A stretch of DNA of 64,000 bases from Octopus sinensis (Eukaryota): the NCBI RefSeq assembly GCF_006345805.1, contig NC_043006.1:21576001-21640000 (forward strand), written 5' to 3'. Shown piece after piece: positions 12,156 to 25,129 of this stretch (positions are counted from its first letter, which is position 1; each line of letters begins with the position of its first letter). The notes beneath the pieces were generated by a model. The model saw nothing but the letters and a program-made list of their open reading frames with translations. It was not told the DNA's origin and did not search any database. Made by a program: the position numbers and the translations under genes.

Positions 12156-12255
12156 NNNNNNNNNNNNNNNNNNNNNNNNNNNNNNNNNNNNNNNNNNNNN
12201 NNNNNNNNNNNNNNNNNNNNNNNNNNNNNNNNNNNNNNNNNNNNNNNNNNNNNNN
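12156..12255. other. Assembly gap (100 N)
   Basis: Run of N. Confidence 1.
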
Positions 12256-12835
12256 ACAAATATGTATGTATTACTTAATTTTGAAAATTGCATATAAAAT
12301 ATCGCTATAAAATACTGCTGACGTTATGTTGGTGTGTTGCGTGATATTATTGCTATAATATTAAATATTTGTTACTATAATATTAAATTTTTGTGGGAGT
12401 GTGTGTGTGTGTGTTTGTATATGTGAAAGAGAATACATGTGTATATGTGTGCGTAAGTATGTGTGCACATCTATATACGGCTGCATGTGTGTAGTCTTCA
12501 AATTTATACGTCAATAAATATTCTATGAGTTTGGGAACAAAGTGTGTGTGTGTGAGCGTATATGTGTGTGTACGTGTGTGTGTGTGCGTGTGTGTGTGCA
12601 TGCGTGTGTGTGTGTATATAGCTCTACATCTTGTTGCATGCATTTACTCTATGAGTTTATTTATTGTTATAACATAACGAATGAGAGTGAATAAGTGAAT
12701 ATAGTTGCAGTCTGAAAGTTTGTTACTTTAATATAATTTCAATACTCCTTCTCTATGTATGCCTGCATGTGGATATATATATATATATATATACATATAT
12801 GTGTGTATGTGTGTGTGTGTGTATGTATGTATATA

Positions 12836-13064
12836 TTTCTTTACTACCCACAAGGGGCTAAACATAGAGGGGACAAACAAGGACAAACAAAGGGATTAAG
12901 TCGATTACATAGAACCCAGTGCGAAACTGATACTTTATTTATCGACCCAGAAAGGATGAAAGGCAAAGTCGACCTCGGCGGAATTTGAACTCAGAACGTA
13001 ACGGCAGACGAAATACGGCTACGCATTTCGTCCGGCGTGCTAACGTTTCTGCCAGCTCGCCGCC
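12836..13064 (-). mobile_element. SINE-A, young
   Basis: Full-length copy within TA/TG microsatellite. Confidence 0.9.
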
Positions 13065-13109
13065 TTATGTGTGTATGTATGTATATGTATGTCTGTATGT
13101 ATATGTATA

Positions 13110-13145
<36 letters not shown>

Positions 13146-13146
<1 letters not shown>

Positions 13147-13790
13147 CGGGTCATCCCATAAGTTCTCTCCGATTTTACCTTTTTTTAAAATTGAATGAAA
13201 TTTAATAGTATTTTAGAATGTCTAATGGAATCAAAACTTATTTTTAAGCATTTGTGTATATCTAAACTAATTAAATTTTATTTTAGGAATAATAGAATTA
13301 AGATTTCTCTGATTAAAACCCTTTCTAACATGGAAGTATCCAAAAAAGCATTTGAGGCAATGAAGAAAGCTTTGAAGAAAAAAGACCCGCATAAGTGAAT
13401 CGAAATGGAGTGATGATTCATCAGGACAATGCGCGACCCCACACAGCAAAGGTCACACCACAGAAGATCGAAGAGCTTGGTTGGGAAAGAATTCCTCATC
13501 CACCTTATTCTTCCGACCTTGCTCCTTCAGAGTACCATTTGTTTCGTAGTTTACAGAATCATTTGGGGATCATAACTTTCGCAAGCCAGGAGGAGGTCGA
13601 AACTGACATTTCAGAGTTCTTCGCTCGGAAACCTTCATGGGATTTTAAAAGCTTGTAAATAGATGGAAGGAAGTCATAGATAATTAGAGAAAGTACATGG
13701 ATGATTAAATTTCAATTAAATATAACATTTGTTATATTTAACATTGTTTTCTTTATTCAAAGTTCGGACAGAACTTATGTGGTGACTTGA
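13146..13790 (+). mobile_element. Internally deleted mariner (DD34D-type) transposon
   Basis: HQDNARPH and PHPPYSSDLAPSEYHLFRSL motifs (ORF 13395-13658); imperfect TIRs tcgggtcatcccataagttct / agaacttatgtggtgacttga; the MEVSKK start is joined directly to the catalytic region. Confidence 0.9.
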
Positions 13791-13968
13791 TGCGCGCGCG
13801 CGCGTTTATTATTCGGTTACCAGAATTTGGATGAGGTAAGAGGTAGCTTTATACAAAAAGCCTGCTTAACTTTGAGATGCATTGAACCGAATCAAACTAT
13901 TTTAAATAATAATACATATAACTGTTACTGAATGTGTTGAGTGCCTTGTTTCGTTTGTCCCCTCACTC

Positions 13969-14013
<45 letters not shown>

Positions 14014-14422
14014 GGGAATATTATTCCAAACTTACAGAGAAAAAATCAATTTAGTAATACTAAATCAAATTTCACAATATATAAAATATGTATATAAATT
14101 AGAGAAGAACCAACTTTTATCAATTCAACAATGAAATAACAATGTTATAAGTAAATTATACCATATAGAAAAAAATAGATATACAATAAAAACATATATA
14201 TATATACACACCTATTATTTAAACTTACTATATTATTAAATTATATATATTATATATAGATAAAATATTACACTCACTAATAGAATTCACCAAAATCTCA
14301 ATTAATATTAAAAGTATTTAAATGTAATACTACGTAACAAATAAAACTCCTAACTATTAAATAATATTTAGTCTTACAAAATTATTTCACAACGTAAATT
14401 ATATGTAATGCGTTAATTCACA

Positions 14423-14502
<80 letters not shown>

Positions 14503-14850
14503 GTAATAATAATGAAATAATAATAATAATAATTTAATAATAATAATAATTAAATAAATATACGCATCGCAACTAATAACTATCAAGAAACAATATATAA
14601 ATCAATATTTTAACAATAATAATCAAAGATAGTTCAATTCAAGAATTAAGTAATATTGTTATCTAAATACGTTACTTATCTTATCGAAGAAACTTTTATA
14701 ACTTTTATGACCTGACATGTGTGTGTGTGTTTGTGTGTGTGTTTGTGTGTGTGTGTGTGTGCGTATGATTCAGTTACCAGAATTTGAATGAGGTAAGAGG
14801 TACTTTATATTTGAGGTACCCCAAATATATATATAATATATATATATAAT

Positions 14851-14893
<43 letters not shown>

Positions 14894-14914
14894 ATATATA
14901 TATATTATATATTG

Positions 14915-15110
14915 ATTCGCTCGCTTCTACACGCATTTTTTTCTCTCCTTGTTTCTCTCCGTGTTTCTTTTCTGTGTATCTTTCTGTTGAAGAGCGTAGG
15001 CTCGAAACGTTAAGACTTGTTTTATTTATATTCCTGAGCGCCATACTAATACATTTGCTTGTTTGTATTCCACCCCTGCCTTCCTCTTTTGTTTATTTTC
15101 ATAAAACTTC
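14915..15110 (+). mobile_element. Penelope-like pLTR fragment with degenerate hammerhead motif (14981-15016)
   Basis: CTGTTGA-A-GAGC-GTAG-GCTC-GAAACGTT has one core mismatch and a weak stem I; flanked by (TA)n. Confidence 0.6.
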
Positions 15111-15113
15111 CGT

Positions 15114-15146
<33 letters not shown>

Positions 15147-15589
15147 CGCACACACACCACATATATATATATACACACACACACACATACAACACAAACA
15201 TATTATTATAATATATATATATATATATATATATGTTTCGATCATTTATGTATTGAGCGTTATGTGTCAGAGTGTGTGCGCGCTGTTTTATGTATAAATA
15301 TGTTTTTATGTGTAAACAGGTTGTTAAACACAATACATTATCAACACCATAAATCTTTATCAAATAGTTTTTTATTATATTACATGTCATCAACCTAGCA
15401 GAAAAATACCGTCAAATCATGACTTTGAAAGGCAACACATTGAGAACTCTCTCATTAATTGTATGCCAATGATCGATGGGTTTTGTTCCCTACTTAATTT
15501 CTCTTTACACACAGGCTCTATGTACTATTTCTCTTTGGTACATGTATTTTTCATCCTCAAATTTTATCATATCTTTACACATTAAACTA

Positions 15590-15775
15590 ACATACCTAAA
15601 GGAAAACATAGATCTCAAATGCTCAGTGTACCAAAAAGAAATTATGCATGGGCATATTTCCCGAACACTTGAAGAAGACAGTAATATCGACATGAAGTGC
15701 TACCTCGCTTGGACTCTTGACCAGAGCATCGCGGAACAATTCCAAGGCTATGCATTTGCAATCCAAGAATCCTAG
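15590..15775 (+). pseudogene. R4/Dong-like non-LTR retrotransposon fragment
   Basis: KEIMHGHISRTLEEDSNIDMKCYLAW...FQGYAFAIQE resembles the HG...EG...AxQ region upstream of the zinc finger in R4-clade ORFs. Confidence 0.5.
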
Positions 15776-15847
15776 TAAACAAAAGAGAGACAGTGAAACG
15801 CTTAGTGCCTTAAGAAACAGCCGGGTACCACCTTCCTCGATGTCACT

Positions 15848-16170
15848 GCAGTAGCTGTGTGGTAAGACGCATGGTTCTCAGTCACACGGTTGCGGCTTCA
15901 ATCCCACTGCGTGACACCTTGGACAGGTGTCTTCTACTTTAGCATCGGGCCGACCAAAGCCTTGTGAGTGTATTTGGTAGACGGAAACTGAAAGAAGTCC
16001 GTCGTTTATGTGTATATGTGTGTGTGTGTGTGTGAGTGTGTGTGTGTATGTGCGTATGTGTTTTTGTCCCCATCATCACTTGACAACTGGTGTTGGTGTG
16101 TTTACAACCCTGAAACTTAGCGGTTCGGCAAAACAAACGATAGAATAAGTACCAGGCTTAAAAAATAAGT
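15848..16170 (+). mobile_element. SINE-C
   Basis: Head, internal TG run and cttagcggttcggcaaaa block. Confidence 0.8.
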
Positions 16171-16374
16171 ATAAACATCATACATAAAAATACGTAGCAT
16201 TATAGAGGTCAGCAACCCAAATTATGTGAATATATCTTCGAAAAATCAATGAGAAAGAGAATAACTATTGACTAATGCTTCGAAACAGGTTTTCTATATC
16301 CAGATTGTAAATTCCTATTCATACCAACAATAATTGGGTGCACTTGGTTTTGCTAATAAATATACATACATACA

Positions 16375-16434
<60 letters not shown>

Positions 16435-16682
16435 CGCATATATATATACATATATATATATATACATATATATATCCATATACATATATATATGCATATA
16501 CATATATATAAACACACACACACACATATATATATATGCATATATACACCACACATATATATACATATATAATATATATACATACACATATATATACACA
16601 TATGTATATATATATATGTATATATATATATATACATATGTATATATACATATATATATGTATATACATATATCAATACATA

Positions 16683-16725
<43 letters not shown>

Positions 16726-16781
16726 TATATACATATACATATATACATTATTACATATATACAATATATATATATATATAG

Positions 16782-16818
<37 letters not shown>

Positions 16819-16871
16819 ATATATACTATATATAACATATATATATACATATATATACATACATATATATA

Positions 16872-18468
16872 CAGTGGTGGGAAATAAATATTAGTACATG
16901 TCAAAATTCTTTATTTATCTAATTTCTAATGAACATAAATGGGATATATCAATGCTATATTTGCATACACATGCATAAGCTAAGAATATGCAAAAGAAAC
17001 TAATAAATTATAGTTATACGCATATATATATAAATATTTAGGGGTGAAAAAGTATTCGTACAGAAGATAAGTAACTGATAATTCTGATTTAATACTTCGT
17101 AGCATAACCATTATTCAGTTCCACTTCAACCAATCTCTTCTTGTAGTTCTTTAATCAATGATCACATGTTTCTTTAGGAATTTTTTCCCATACTTCTTGA
17201 CAAATTTTCTTCAAATCTGAAATGCACATTGGGGCTCTTGAATGAATTTTAATTTTCAAATAACGCCACAAATTTTCAATGGGGTTCAAGTCAAGTGACT
17301 GGCTTGGCCGTTCTAATAATTTTATATTGTGATCGACAATCCATTTTTTAGTAGACTTCGCCGTGTGCTTAGGGTCGTTATCCTGTTGTAAAACCCACCC
17401 TTCACAAAGCTGGAGCTTTTCTACAGAGTCCTATAAATTATTGTTCAAAATATTTTAGTACATCTATGCATTCATTCTACCATCTATCACATGTAAATTG
17501 CCAGTACCATTTGCAGAGAAACACCCCCACACCATGATGTTGCCACCTCCAAACTTTATGGTAGGAATTGTAGTTTTTCGGCGAATAGGCAGTACCATCT
17601 TTCCTCCAAACATGGCTACGCGAATTTCTTCAAAACAATTCCATTTTCGACTCTGTCCATGGAACATTTTCCCAGAATATATCAGGTTTATCATTATGTT
17701 CATAAACAAATTTTAAACGGGCATCTCTATACCTTTTAGTCAACAACGGAGTTTTTCTAGGAGAGCGTGATTTCAGTTCATTCCTATGAAGTTCATTGCT
17801 GATTGTTCATAGTGTAACACTAGTCCCTGAAGCTAACAAATCTTCTTGCAACTCTTTTCTGGTGATCATTGCGTTTTTTTCGATTTTTCACTTCATTTTT
17901 CTTAAAGATCTAGGGGAAATCTTGCATGGTGCACTGGATCTTATTCTGTTTTCAACAGTTCCCGATTTTTTATATCTTTGAATAAATGAAGATATGGTAG
18001 AAAATGGAATATAAAGGATCTCTGATATTTTCCTGTAACTTTTACCTGCTTCCCACTGTTCAATAATTGTTTTTCATTATACTTGTGAGTTCTTTACTTT
18101 TCGCCATTATTACGATACTACTTTATGTTGTCTCAGTGTTGAATGAAGAAGCTAGCGTTTTGACACTTAAAAATGACAACTGATAAGATTATTGGAACAA
18201 ACGAGAAAGTTCTAGTAAAAAAAAATTATTCTAACAGTATTTTGTGGCATAGAAAATCATAAATTTATTCTGTACGAATACTTTTTCACCCCTAAATAGT
18301 TATGATTGTATATAAATTCCTTAGTTACTATAATTCATTAGTTTCTTTTGCATATTCTTAGTTTATGCATGTGTATGCAAATATAGTATTGGTATATCCC
18401 ATTTATTTTCATTAGAAATTAAATAAATAAAGAATTTTGACATGTACTAATATTTATTCCCCCCACTT
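16872..18468 (-). mobile_element. Full-length decayed Tc1 (DD34E) transposon with long (about 200 bp) TIRs, inserted in (TA)n
   Basis: TA|CAGTGGTGGGAAATAAATATTAGTACATGTCAAAATTC is mirrored at 18430-18468; inner TIR blocks ttaggggtgaaaaagtattcgtacagaa also mirrored. Confidence 0.93.
17089..18107 (-). pseudogene. Tc1 transposase pseudogene
   Basis: MAKSKELT start; [19 protein letters not shown] and LQQDNDPKHTAKST motifs; several stops and frameshifts. Confidence 0.9.
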
Positions 18469-18590
18469 ATATATATATATACATATATATATACACATAT
18501 ATATACACATATATATATACATATATATACACATATATATACATATATATGCACATATATACACATATACATATATATATATATGCATAC

Positions 18591-18591
<1 letters not shown>

Positions 18592-18623
<32 letters not shown>

Positions 18624-18638
18624 TATAGATAGATAGAC

Positions 18639-18711
<73 letters not shown>

Positions 18712-18712
18712 T
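18592..18712. repeat. (GATA)n tract without Tx1 insertion
   Basis: Direct sequence. Confidence 0.95.
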
Positions 18713-18915
18713 CTTTTACCGTTTCCTAATTTCAGTTATTTTACTGCGGCCATACTGGTGCACCACCTTGAAGAATTTTTAGTCGAACGTATCGACACTC
18801 AGGACTAATTTTATCAGTCTCTTTTGCCGAACCACTAAGTTACAGGGACGTAATCACACCAACATCGGTTGTCAAGCGGTGGTGGAGGACAAACACTGAC
18901 ACAAAGACGCACACT
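18713..18915 (-). mobile_element. SINE-C 3' half
   Basis: gccgaaccactaagt and ttgtcaagc blocks as in 6339-6748. Confidence 0.7.
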
Positions 18916-18929
18916 CACGTAAATATATA

Positions 18930-19158
18930 TTTCTTTACTACCCACAAGGGGCTAAACACAGAGAGGACAAACACGGACAGACAAACGGATTAAGTCGATT
19001 ACATCGACCCCAGTGTGTAACTGGTACTTAATTTATCGACCCCGAAAGGATGAAAGGCAAAGTCGACCTCGGCGGAATTTGAACTCAGAACGTAACGGCA
19101 GACGAAATACGGCTACGCATTTCGCCCGGCGTGCTAACGTTTCTGCCAGTTTGCCGCC
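18930..19158 (-). mobile_element. SINE-A, young
   Basis: Full-length copy. Confidence 0.9.
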
Positions 19159-19376
19159 TTAATAAACATATACGGTGGCCGTCTGTCAGTTTCCGACTCC
19201 CAAATCTGCTCACAAAGATTAGATCGCTTATAGTAGAAGTCTTTCTCTCACGGTAACGTGCAGTCACTGAAAGGTGTCACGCAGTGAGATTGAACTAGGA
19301 GCCATGTGGTTGAGAAGATTCTTATCTCACAGCCACGTGGGGCTTGTATATGTATGCTATATGTATGCATATAAAA

Positions 19377-19605
19377 GGCGGCGAGCTGGCAGAAACGTTA
19401 GCACGCCGGGCGAAATGCTTAGCGGTATTTCGTCTGCCGCTACGTTCTGAGTTCAAATTCCGCCGAGGTCGACTTTGCCTTTCATTCTTTCGGGGTCGAT
19501 AAATTAAGTACCAGTTTCGCACTGGGGTCGTTGTAATCGACTTAATCCGTTTGTCTGTCCTTGTTTGTCCCCTCTATGTTTAGCCCCTTGTGGGCAATAA
19601 AGAAA
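19377..19605 (+). mobile_element. SINE-A, young
   Basis: Full-length copy, head-to-head with 18930-19158. Confidence 0.9.
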
Positions 19606-20214
19606 TATATATGAATGCATGTAAGGCCATGGCTGTGTACTGTTTGTTCCCCATCACCACAAGACGTTCCCGTAAGTTAGCAGTTCGGCAAAATATTCCG
19701 GTAGAATAATTGCTACACTTAAAATAATATAATAATGGGGTCGATTTCTTCAGTACGGTTGCAGTTCAATGACTGAAACAAATAAAATTAATGAATTATA
19801 ATTATAATAGACCAGACATGACTGGAACATTGAAAAATATGCGCAGTAACAGAAATCAGTTGTGCAGTGCTAGAGATAAAATAAAAATAAAATATCTCTT
19901 CAGTGTTAATGGGAAGTTGTTAGCTACGCAATCCGGGTCATAACTTTAGATTTAACCACGTAATTATTGAGGTATTTGGTTATGTGGCTGCTTCGGCAAC
20001 GAACTTGTGAAACCAGGATAAACACGACAAATTTACATTAACAAGCCATTAATGGAATTGAAAAAATATGTAAGACATTTCCAGAAGTTTAATCTGCAGT
20101 ATACACAAGGACATGCGTACAAATGTACATATGTAAGTATAACAACACCAATCCACACATACAGATTCATACAAATGCACCTTCACATAGTCACATAAAA
20201 TAAACATGCATATA

Positions 20215-20246
<32 letters not shown>

Positions 20247-21289
20247 TGTAGGAATCTTTTAACGAATGAGAATGTACAAAAAATACGAACAAGTGAAAGA
20301 ATAATTGTACGTGAACAAGTACTGAAGCGAAACACAATACTTGGCTGATCTCTAAGTAATATTATCGATGTGCTAATGGGCCTTCCGTTTTAATTTGAAC
20401 GTTTGTAGTTTCTTACATGTTAAACGTGCTTAGCAAGTCTTCAATTACTAACACTCTATAATCACTTGATCATCGTTGAGTTATGGCATTCATCAGAAGT
20501 GTGTTCCGTACTGCTGAACGTATTGACTCCATGATTCACGGAGTTAGGCGTTTGTCTCGTTGCTATCTCTTTCTTCCATTCATTCTGCCTCTTCTCTTTT
20601 TTTTTTCTCTTTTTGTCTATGTTCTCCTTCCCCGTTATGTACTACAATATCCAGTTGCAGCTCAATATTGACCTCATTAATCTTGTTTCGTTATTCTGGC
20701 GTCAGTACAGTGCTCAAAAGTAAGTAATCAAATGCAAGTTCTGAAAGAGAGTAAAATACATGAACCAGTTTCAATTACAGTTTAAAATAGTTTCACATAC
20801 GGTTCTTAAGATTGGAGCACTTTCATTGATGTTTTAAGCGTCGCAACGTTTTCAACGATAAAAGTAAAATAATGAAGAAAAAAATGCCCAAAACGATTGG
20901 TTTTAAGCTTGCGTACTTGAACAATTAAGGGAATGTAAATGAAAGTATTTCAGTTATATATAGAGATGAGAATGAGAAAAGTTAGCAGACAGAAGAGAGG
21001 TAATGACTGTACTAAACTGGAATAACACTTCAATGAAGCAGTCGATTGATCAAATGTCGACAAAGCCGACTTTAACTTTCATCCTCCTCTATCTAACAAC
21101 TCTGAAGTTTTTGTTCTTAGAATAAAAGACAATTCTGAACTCGCCGTCATTTGAACTCAAAACGTAAAAGAGCCTTGAAGTTATTTGCTCCGGTTGTTTA
21201 GGTTCCATGTTTAAAATTTCGTCGAGATTAACTTTACCTGTCATCCTTTCGAGGCCGATATAATATAGTATCCGTCATGTGGTTCGATT

Positions 21290-21490
21290 GTAGTCAGCGC
21301 CGGACAAATTGCTTATCAACATTTCGCTCGTCTTTACATTCTGATTTCAAATTCCGCCGAGGTCGACTTTGCTATTTATGCATTCGTGGTCGGGTAAAGT
21401 AAGAACCAGTCAAGTACTGAGGTCGATGTACTTGACTTCTCTCTTCCAACAAGAACTATCGGCCCTGTGCCAAAATTTGAAGCCATTATT
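21290..21490 (+). mobile_element. SINE-A, old subfamily
   Basis: caaattccgccgaggtcgactttgc core; tail ggccctgtgccaaaatttgaagccattatt. Confidence 0.65.
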
Positions 21491-21496
21491 TTTCAT

Positions 21497-22500
21497 CAGT
21501 AGTCTTATTTTTACTATGCGCTTTCACTGTACTATTGACCACATTTCAGTGTGCATTTAGTATGTGTAGTGTTTTGTTTTGTTTTTTGCAGGGAGATTTA
21601 CTCTATCGAAATTGCTCTACGGGTTATATGTGCAGTGTCTAACATTGCTATTTTCTGTATGTTATAGACTTTTATAAATCTTGGGTTTTGCGAAATGAAA
21701 TATATGTGTGTGTTAATATATCATTCTCGATGTACTTAATATCAATGGGATTGTTTCTGTTCCAAGTCCCAACATTCAGGATGTCTCTATTTTCAGAGTT
21801 CCATATTTGGATAATTTATCAGTTTCTTTGAAAACTACATTATCGCCTGTAGATTAGGAGGCACTTCATCACCTGGATATCTGTACAGCAGTATCTGATC
21901 GGGTAACGCTTAACCCTGATCGTCTTTTCCACATGTATTGGCATATCCCAGAATATAGTCGATTTGCCAAGAAACCCTTTTTTCTGGCTTATTTTTGTAG
22001 CATCTCTTTTCTTTTGGTATTTCATTATGTGAATATAATTTCCGATGTCAGTTCCAGCTATGTCCCGCCAATGACTGTATTTTTCTTGGCTAAGACAGAT
22101 TGTCTAGGGACAATATGGTTAATTATTTCTTCCCCGTCGCCACATATTCTGCCGTTACCATATTGTGCTTCATTACATATTCCTGATGGTTTGTGGCGTT
22201 GTACGCCTTGGTCTTGTGTTTCTCAGCAAATATTACAGCATTTCTTTGTCTATTTCTCCAATGTTTGGCGTTTATCACCCATTAGTCGCGTAGGGGCATT
22301 TTTGCCATAGCTTTATCACGGAATTCTGTTACCAAATTTATTGCTAAGATTTTAGTCTTTTCACTCATTCTGTCTGCAATTTTTCATAACTGCAGGTCAT
22401 TTAAATGTTCATTTATATTGTTGACATCTTTGAATATAGAAAACATTTTTCGTCTGTGTAGATATTTGCATTAGTTTTCCATACTTCTTTACTAAATTTT
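21497..22500 (-). pseudogene. R4/Dong-like (restriction-like endonuclease) LINE 3' relic
   Basis: GRICGDGEEIINHIV (zinc knuckle), IFWDMPIHVEKTIR and KCLLI (RLE region), C-terminus YNIQKIAMLDTAHITRRAISIE*, then a short 3'UTR. Confidence 0.8.
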
Positions 22501-22529
22501 TGTAATTTATTATTATTATTATTATTATT

Positions 22530-23053
22530 GAGTGAGAGAGCAGTTCATGCCATCAAAGTGACACTGGGGTAAAATATACGAAGCCCAATATACCCATCAT
22601 GACTACCCGTCTGATAAAGGTACACCAGGCACATGCATCACAACCATATGTGCGCGACATGGTGATCTCATATCAAGATAAACACCACATGACCTTGCAG
22701 GTGGGGCCCAGTTAGAATTTTCTTCAGGTTGAGTAACCCATCCCGCTCAAACGGTCCCTGAATAAGGGTTGTTTAAGGATGTTGAAAGAACCACCCATGT
22801 TTCCAGAGGTGAACTATTCAAACCCCAAAGAATCCCTCTCAACACATGGCTATGATGCTCCCCCACTACTTCTGCTCGTGATCAGAGATGCACATATCGT
22901 CAGCCACTAAGGGACATGCTCAACTGGTTAAGGTCAAACAACTGACAAGCAAATCTGTGGTATTGAGCAGAATATTTGCTGTAGCCCATCTTTTATACCA
23001 AGACAAAACAATGTACATGAAGGTACACCAGGCACATGCATCACAACCATATG

Positions 23054-23055
<2 letters not shown>
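22530..23055 (-). mobile_element. Non-coding element D, copy 1 (5'-truncated, plus 36-bp internal duplication), inside (ATT)n
   Basis: Near-identical to 56384-56937; (ATT)n on both sides. Confidence 0.85.
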
Positions 23056-23098
<43 letters not shown>

Positions 23099-23099
23099 C

Positions 23100-23130
<31 letters not shown>

Positions 23131-23264
23131 CTATTATTATTATTATCGTTATTATTATTGTTATTATTATTATAAAATATTTCATAATGAACATCTAGTT
23201 CCATATACCACCTAGCATTCATAATTTATTATTATGATTATTATTACTGAGGTTTTTTTCAAGC

Positions 23265-23897
23265 ATACGGGCGAAGTCTGAAATTAAGGGAAGGCAGCTA
23301 CTGGGTTAAACCCTTCTTAATATTCGACTGTTTCTTTATTTTAGCAATCCCGGATGGGTGACACGCAAAGCTGTCCTCGGTAGATTTTGAAATCAGAGCA
23401 AATACAGACAGAACAAATACCTCAAGGTATTTTGTGCGATGCTGTAACGATCCTGCTAGTCCACTATCATAAATATATAATTAATAATTGCCTCAAATTT
23501 AGGCACAAGGTCTGCAATTTTAAGGGGAGGTTTAGTTGATTACATGTATCTCAGTACATGACTGGCACTTTACTTTGTCTATCCCGGAAGAATGAAAGGC
23601 AGAAATGATCTCAATAGGATTTGAATTCAGTTGGAAATGATTCCGTAAACAATTTTTCGAATTCTCTTTTGATCCTGCCAATCTATAGATCAAAATATAT
23701 ATTTAATAATCCTTTCTACTATATGCATAAGACCTGAAATTTAGTGGGAGGAGGTTAGTCAATTACATCAAACCCAGTGCTCGAAAGTACGACAGACAAA
23801 CTTGACGTAGGTGTAATTTGAACTCAAATCACAAAGTCGGAAGAAACGTCACTAAGCATTTTTGTCCAGCGCGCAAACGCTTCTGCCATCCTACCGC
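23265..23897 (-). mobile_element. Cluster of three old SINE-A fragments
   Basis: Repeated degenerate blocks such as gaatgaaaggc and aatttgaactca. Confidence 0.55.
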
Positions 23898-23912
23898 TAT
23901 AGTATTGTAATT

Positions 23913-24297
23913 GGAGGCGCAATAGCCCAGTGGTTAGGGCAGCGGACTCGCGGTCGTAGGATCGCGGTTTCGATTCTCAGACCGGGCGTTGTGAGTGTTT
24001 ATTGAGCGAAAACACCTAAAGCTCCACGAGGCTCCGGCAGGGATGGTGGTGATCCCTGCTGTATTCTTTCACCACAACTTTCTCTCACTCTTACTTCCTG
24101 TTTCTGTTGTACCTGAATTTCAAGGGGCCGGCCTTGTCCCTCTCTGTGTCACGCTGAATATCCCCGAGGACTACGTTATGGGTACACGTGTCTGTGGAGT
24201 GCTCAGCCACTTACACGTTAATTTCACGAGCAGGCTGTTCCGTTGATTCGGATCAACCGGAACCCTCGTCGTCGTAACCGACGGAGTGCTTCCATCC
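23913..24297 (+). mobile_element. SINE-B, young, with 13-bp TSD
   Basis: tRNA-like head GGAGGCGCAATAGCCCAGTGG...GGTTTCGATTC; TSD atagtattgtaat at 23899-23911 and 24298-24310. Confidence 0.92.
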
Positions 24298-25129
24298 ATA
24301 GTATTGTAATGCTTCTTCTACTGATTATTCAAAATACTTTTCAGTTTATTAAGAATGAAAATGCATACAAATGCAAACAAAACCCCTTTAAGTCCTTCAA
24401 GTACAAACAAAATATATTTATAGTAATTTCATAAATACACACATAAAATAAATATGAGATAATAATAAAGCTTTATCAGTTCCTACTTAAAAGAAATGAC
24501 TGGCGGAATTTCTTGCCATTTTTTTTTTGTTGTTGTTGTTGATTCTGAATATCTGATTATCCAAAATCAAAAATCAAAAGAGCATTATTTTAAAAAATAA
24601 AACGCATAATAATAAAAAAAGTTCCGACAAATTTATCTGTTTGTATATTATTTGGCAAGTAGCAGTTTCAGTATTTACACGACTTGCAAGATGGCTGTGG
24701 AGGTGGGTTCTCAGCATTTGTTAAAACAACATCCTCAATAACACGTACTAGCACAAATTCCCAAGTACTTTCAAAATAAAAATACACTTTTCTTTTTAAA
24801 TGAACACCACAATAAATCCCAACAAAACTTTAAACGCGTAGAAATACACACGCAAAAAATAGCCTTCGGATCATTTTATCTTTTGAACATCAGAGATTAA
24901 AGGAATAGCATGAAATTATTTTTTTTTTTTGCTTTCAATCAGAAATTGATTAGTCTTAGTGGGTACACAGCTGCGTAATAATTTTTCATGAGTGCGTTTA
25001 CGAATGTAAAAAATACTTTGTTGTATATAAATACATTTCGTTTGCATTTGAAGTGTACATTGTATTCGGGCTAAATTTGATAGTAAGCATATCCACAATA
25101 TCCAAAAATTAAATATTTTTAAAATGTCT

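Noticed and set aside
20655-20719. Candidate 65-bp exon with AAA|gtaagt donor
   Set aside because: Its only plausible partner exon proved to be TE antisense; no recognisable protein.
21592-21656. Apparent plus-strand exon with a strong acceptor (EIYSIEIALRVICAVSNIAIF, GPCR/ARM-like)
   Set aside because: It is the antisense of the R4/Dong C-terminus YNIQKIAMLDTAHITRRAISIE*.
23913-23990. tRNA genes (A/B-box sequences in many places)
   Set aside because: These are SINE heads continuing into SINE bodies with TSDs; no complete cloverleaf.
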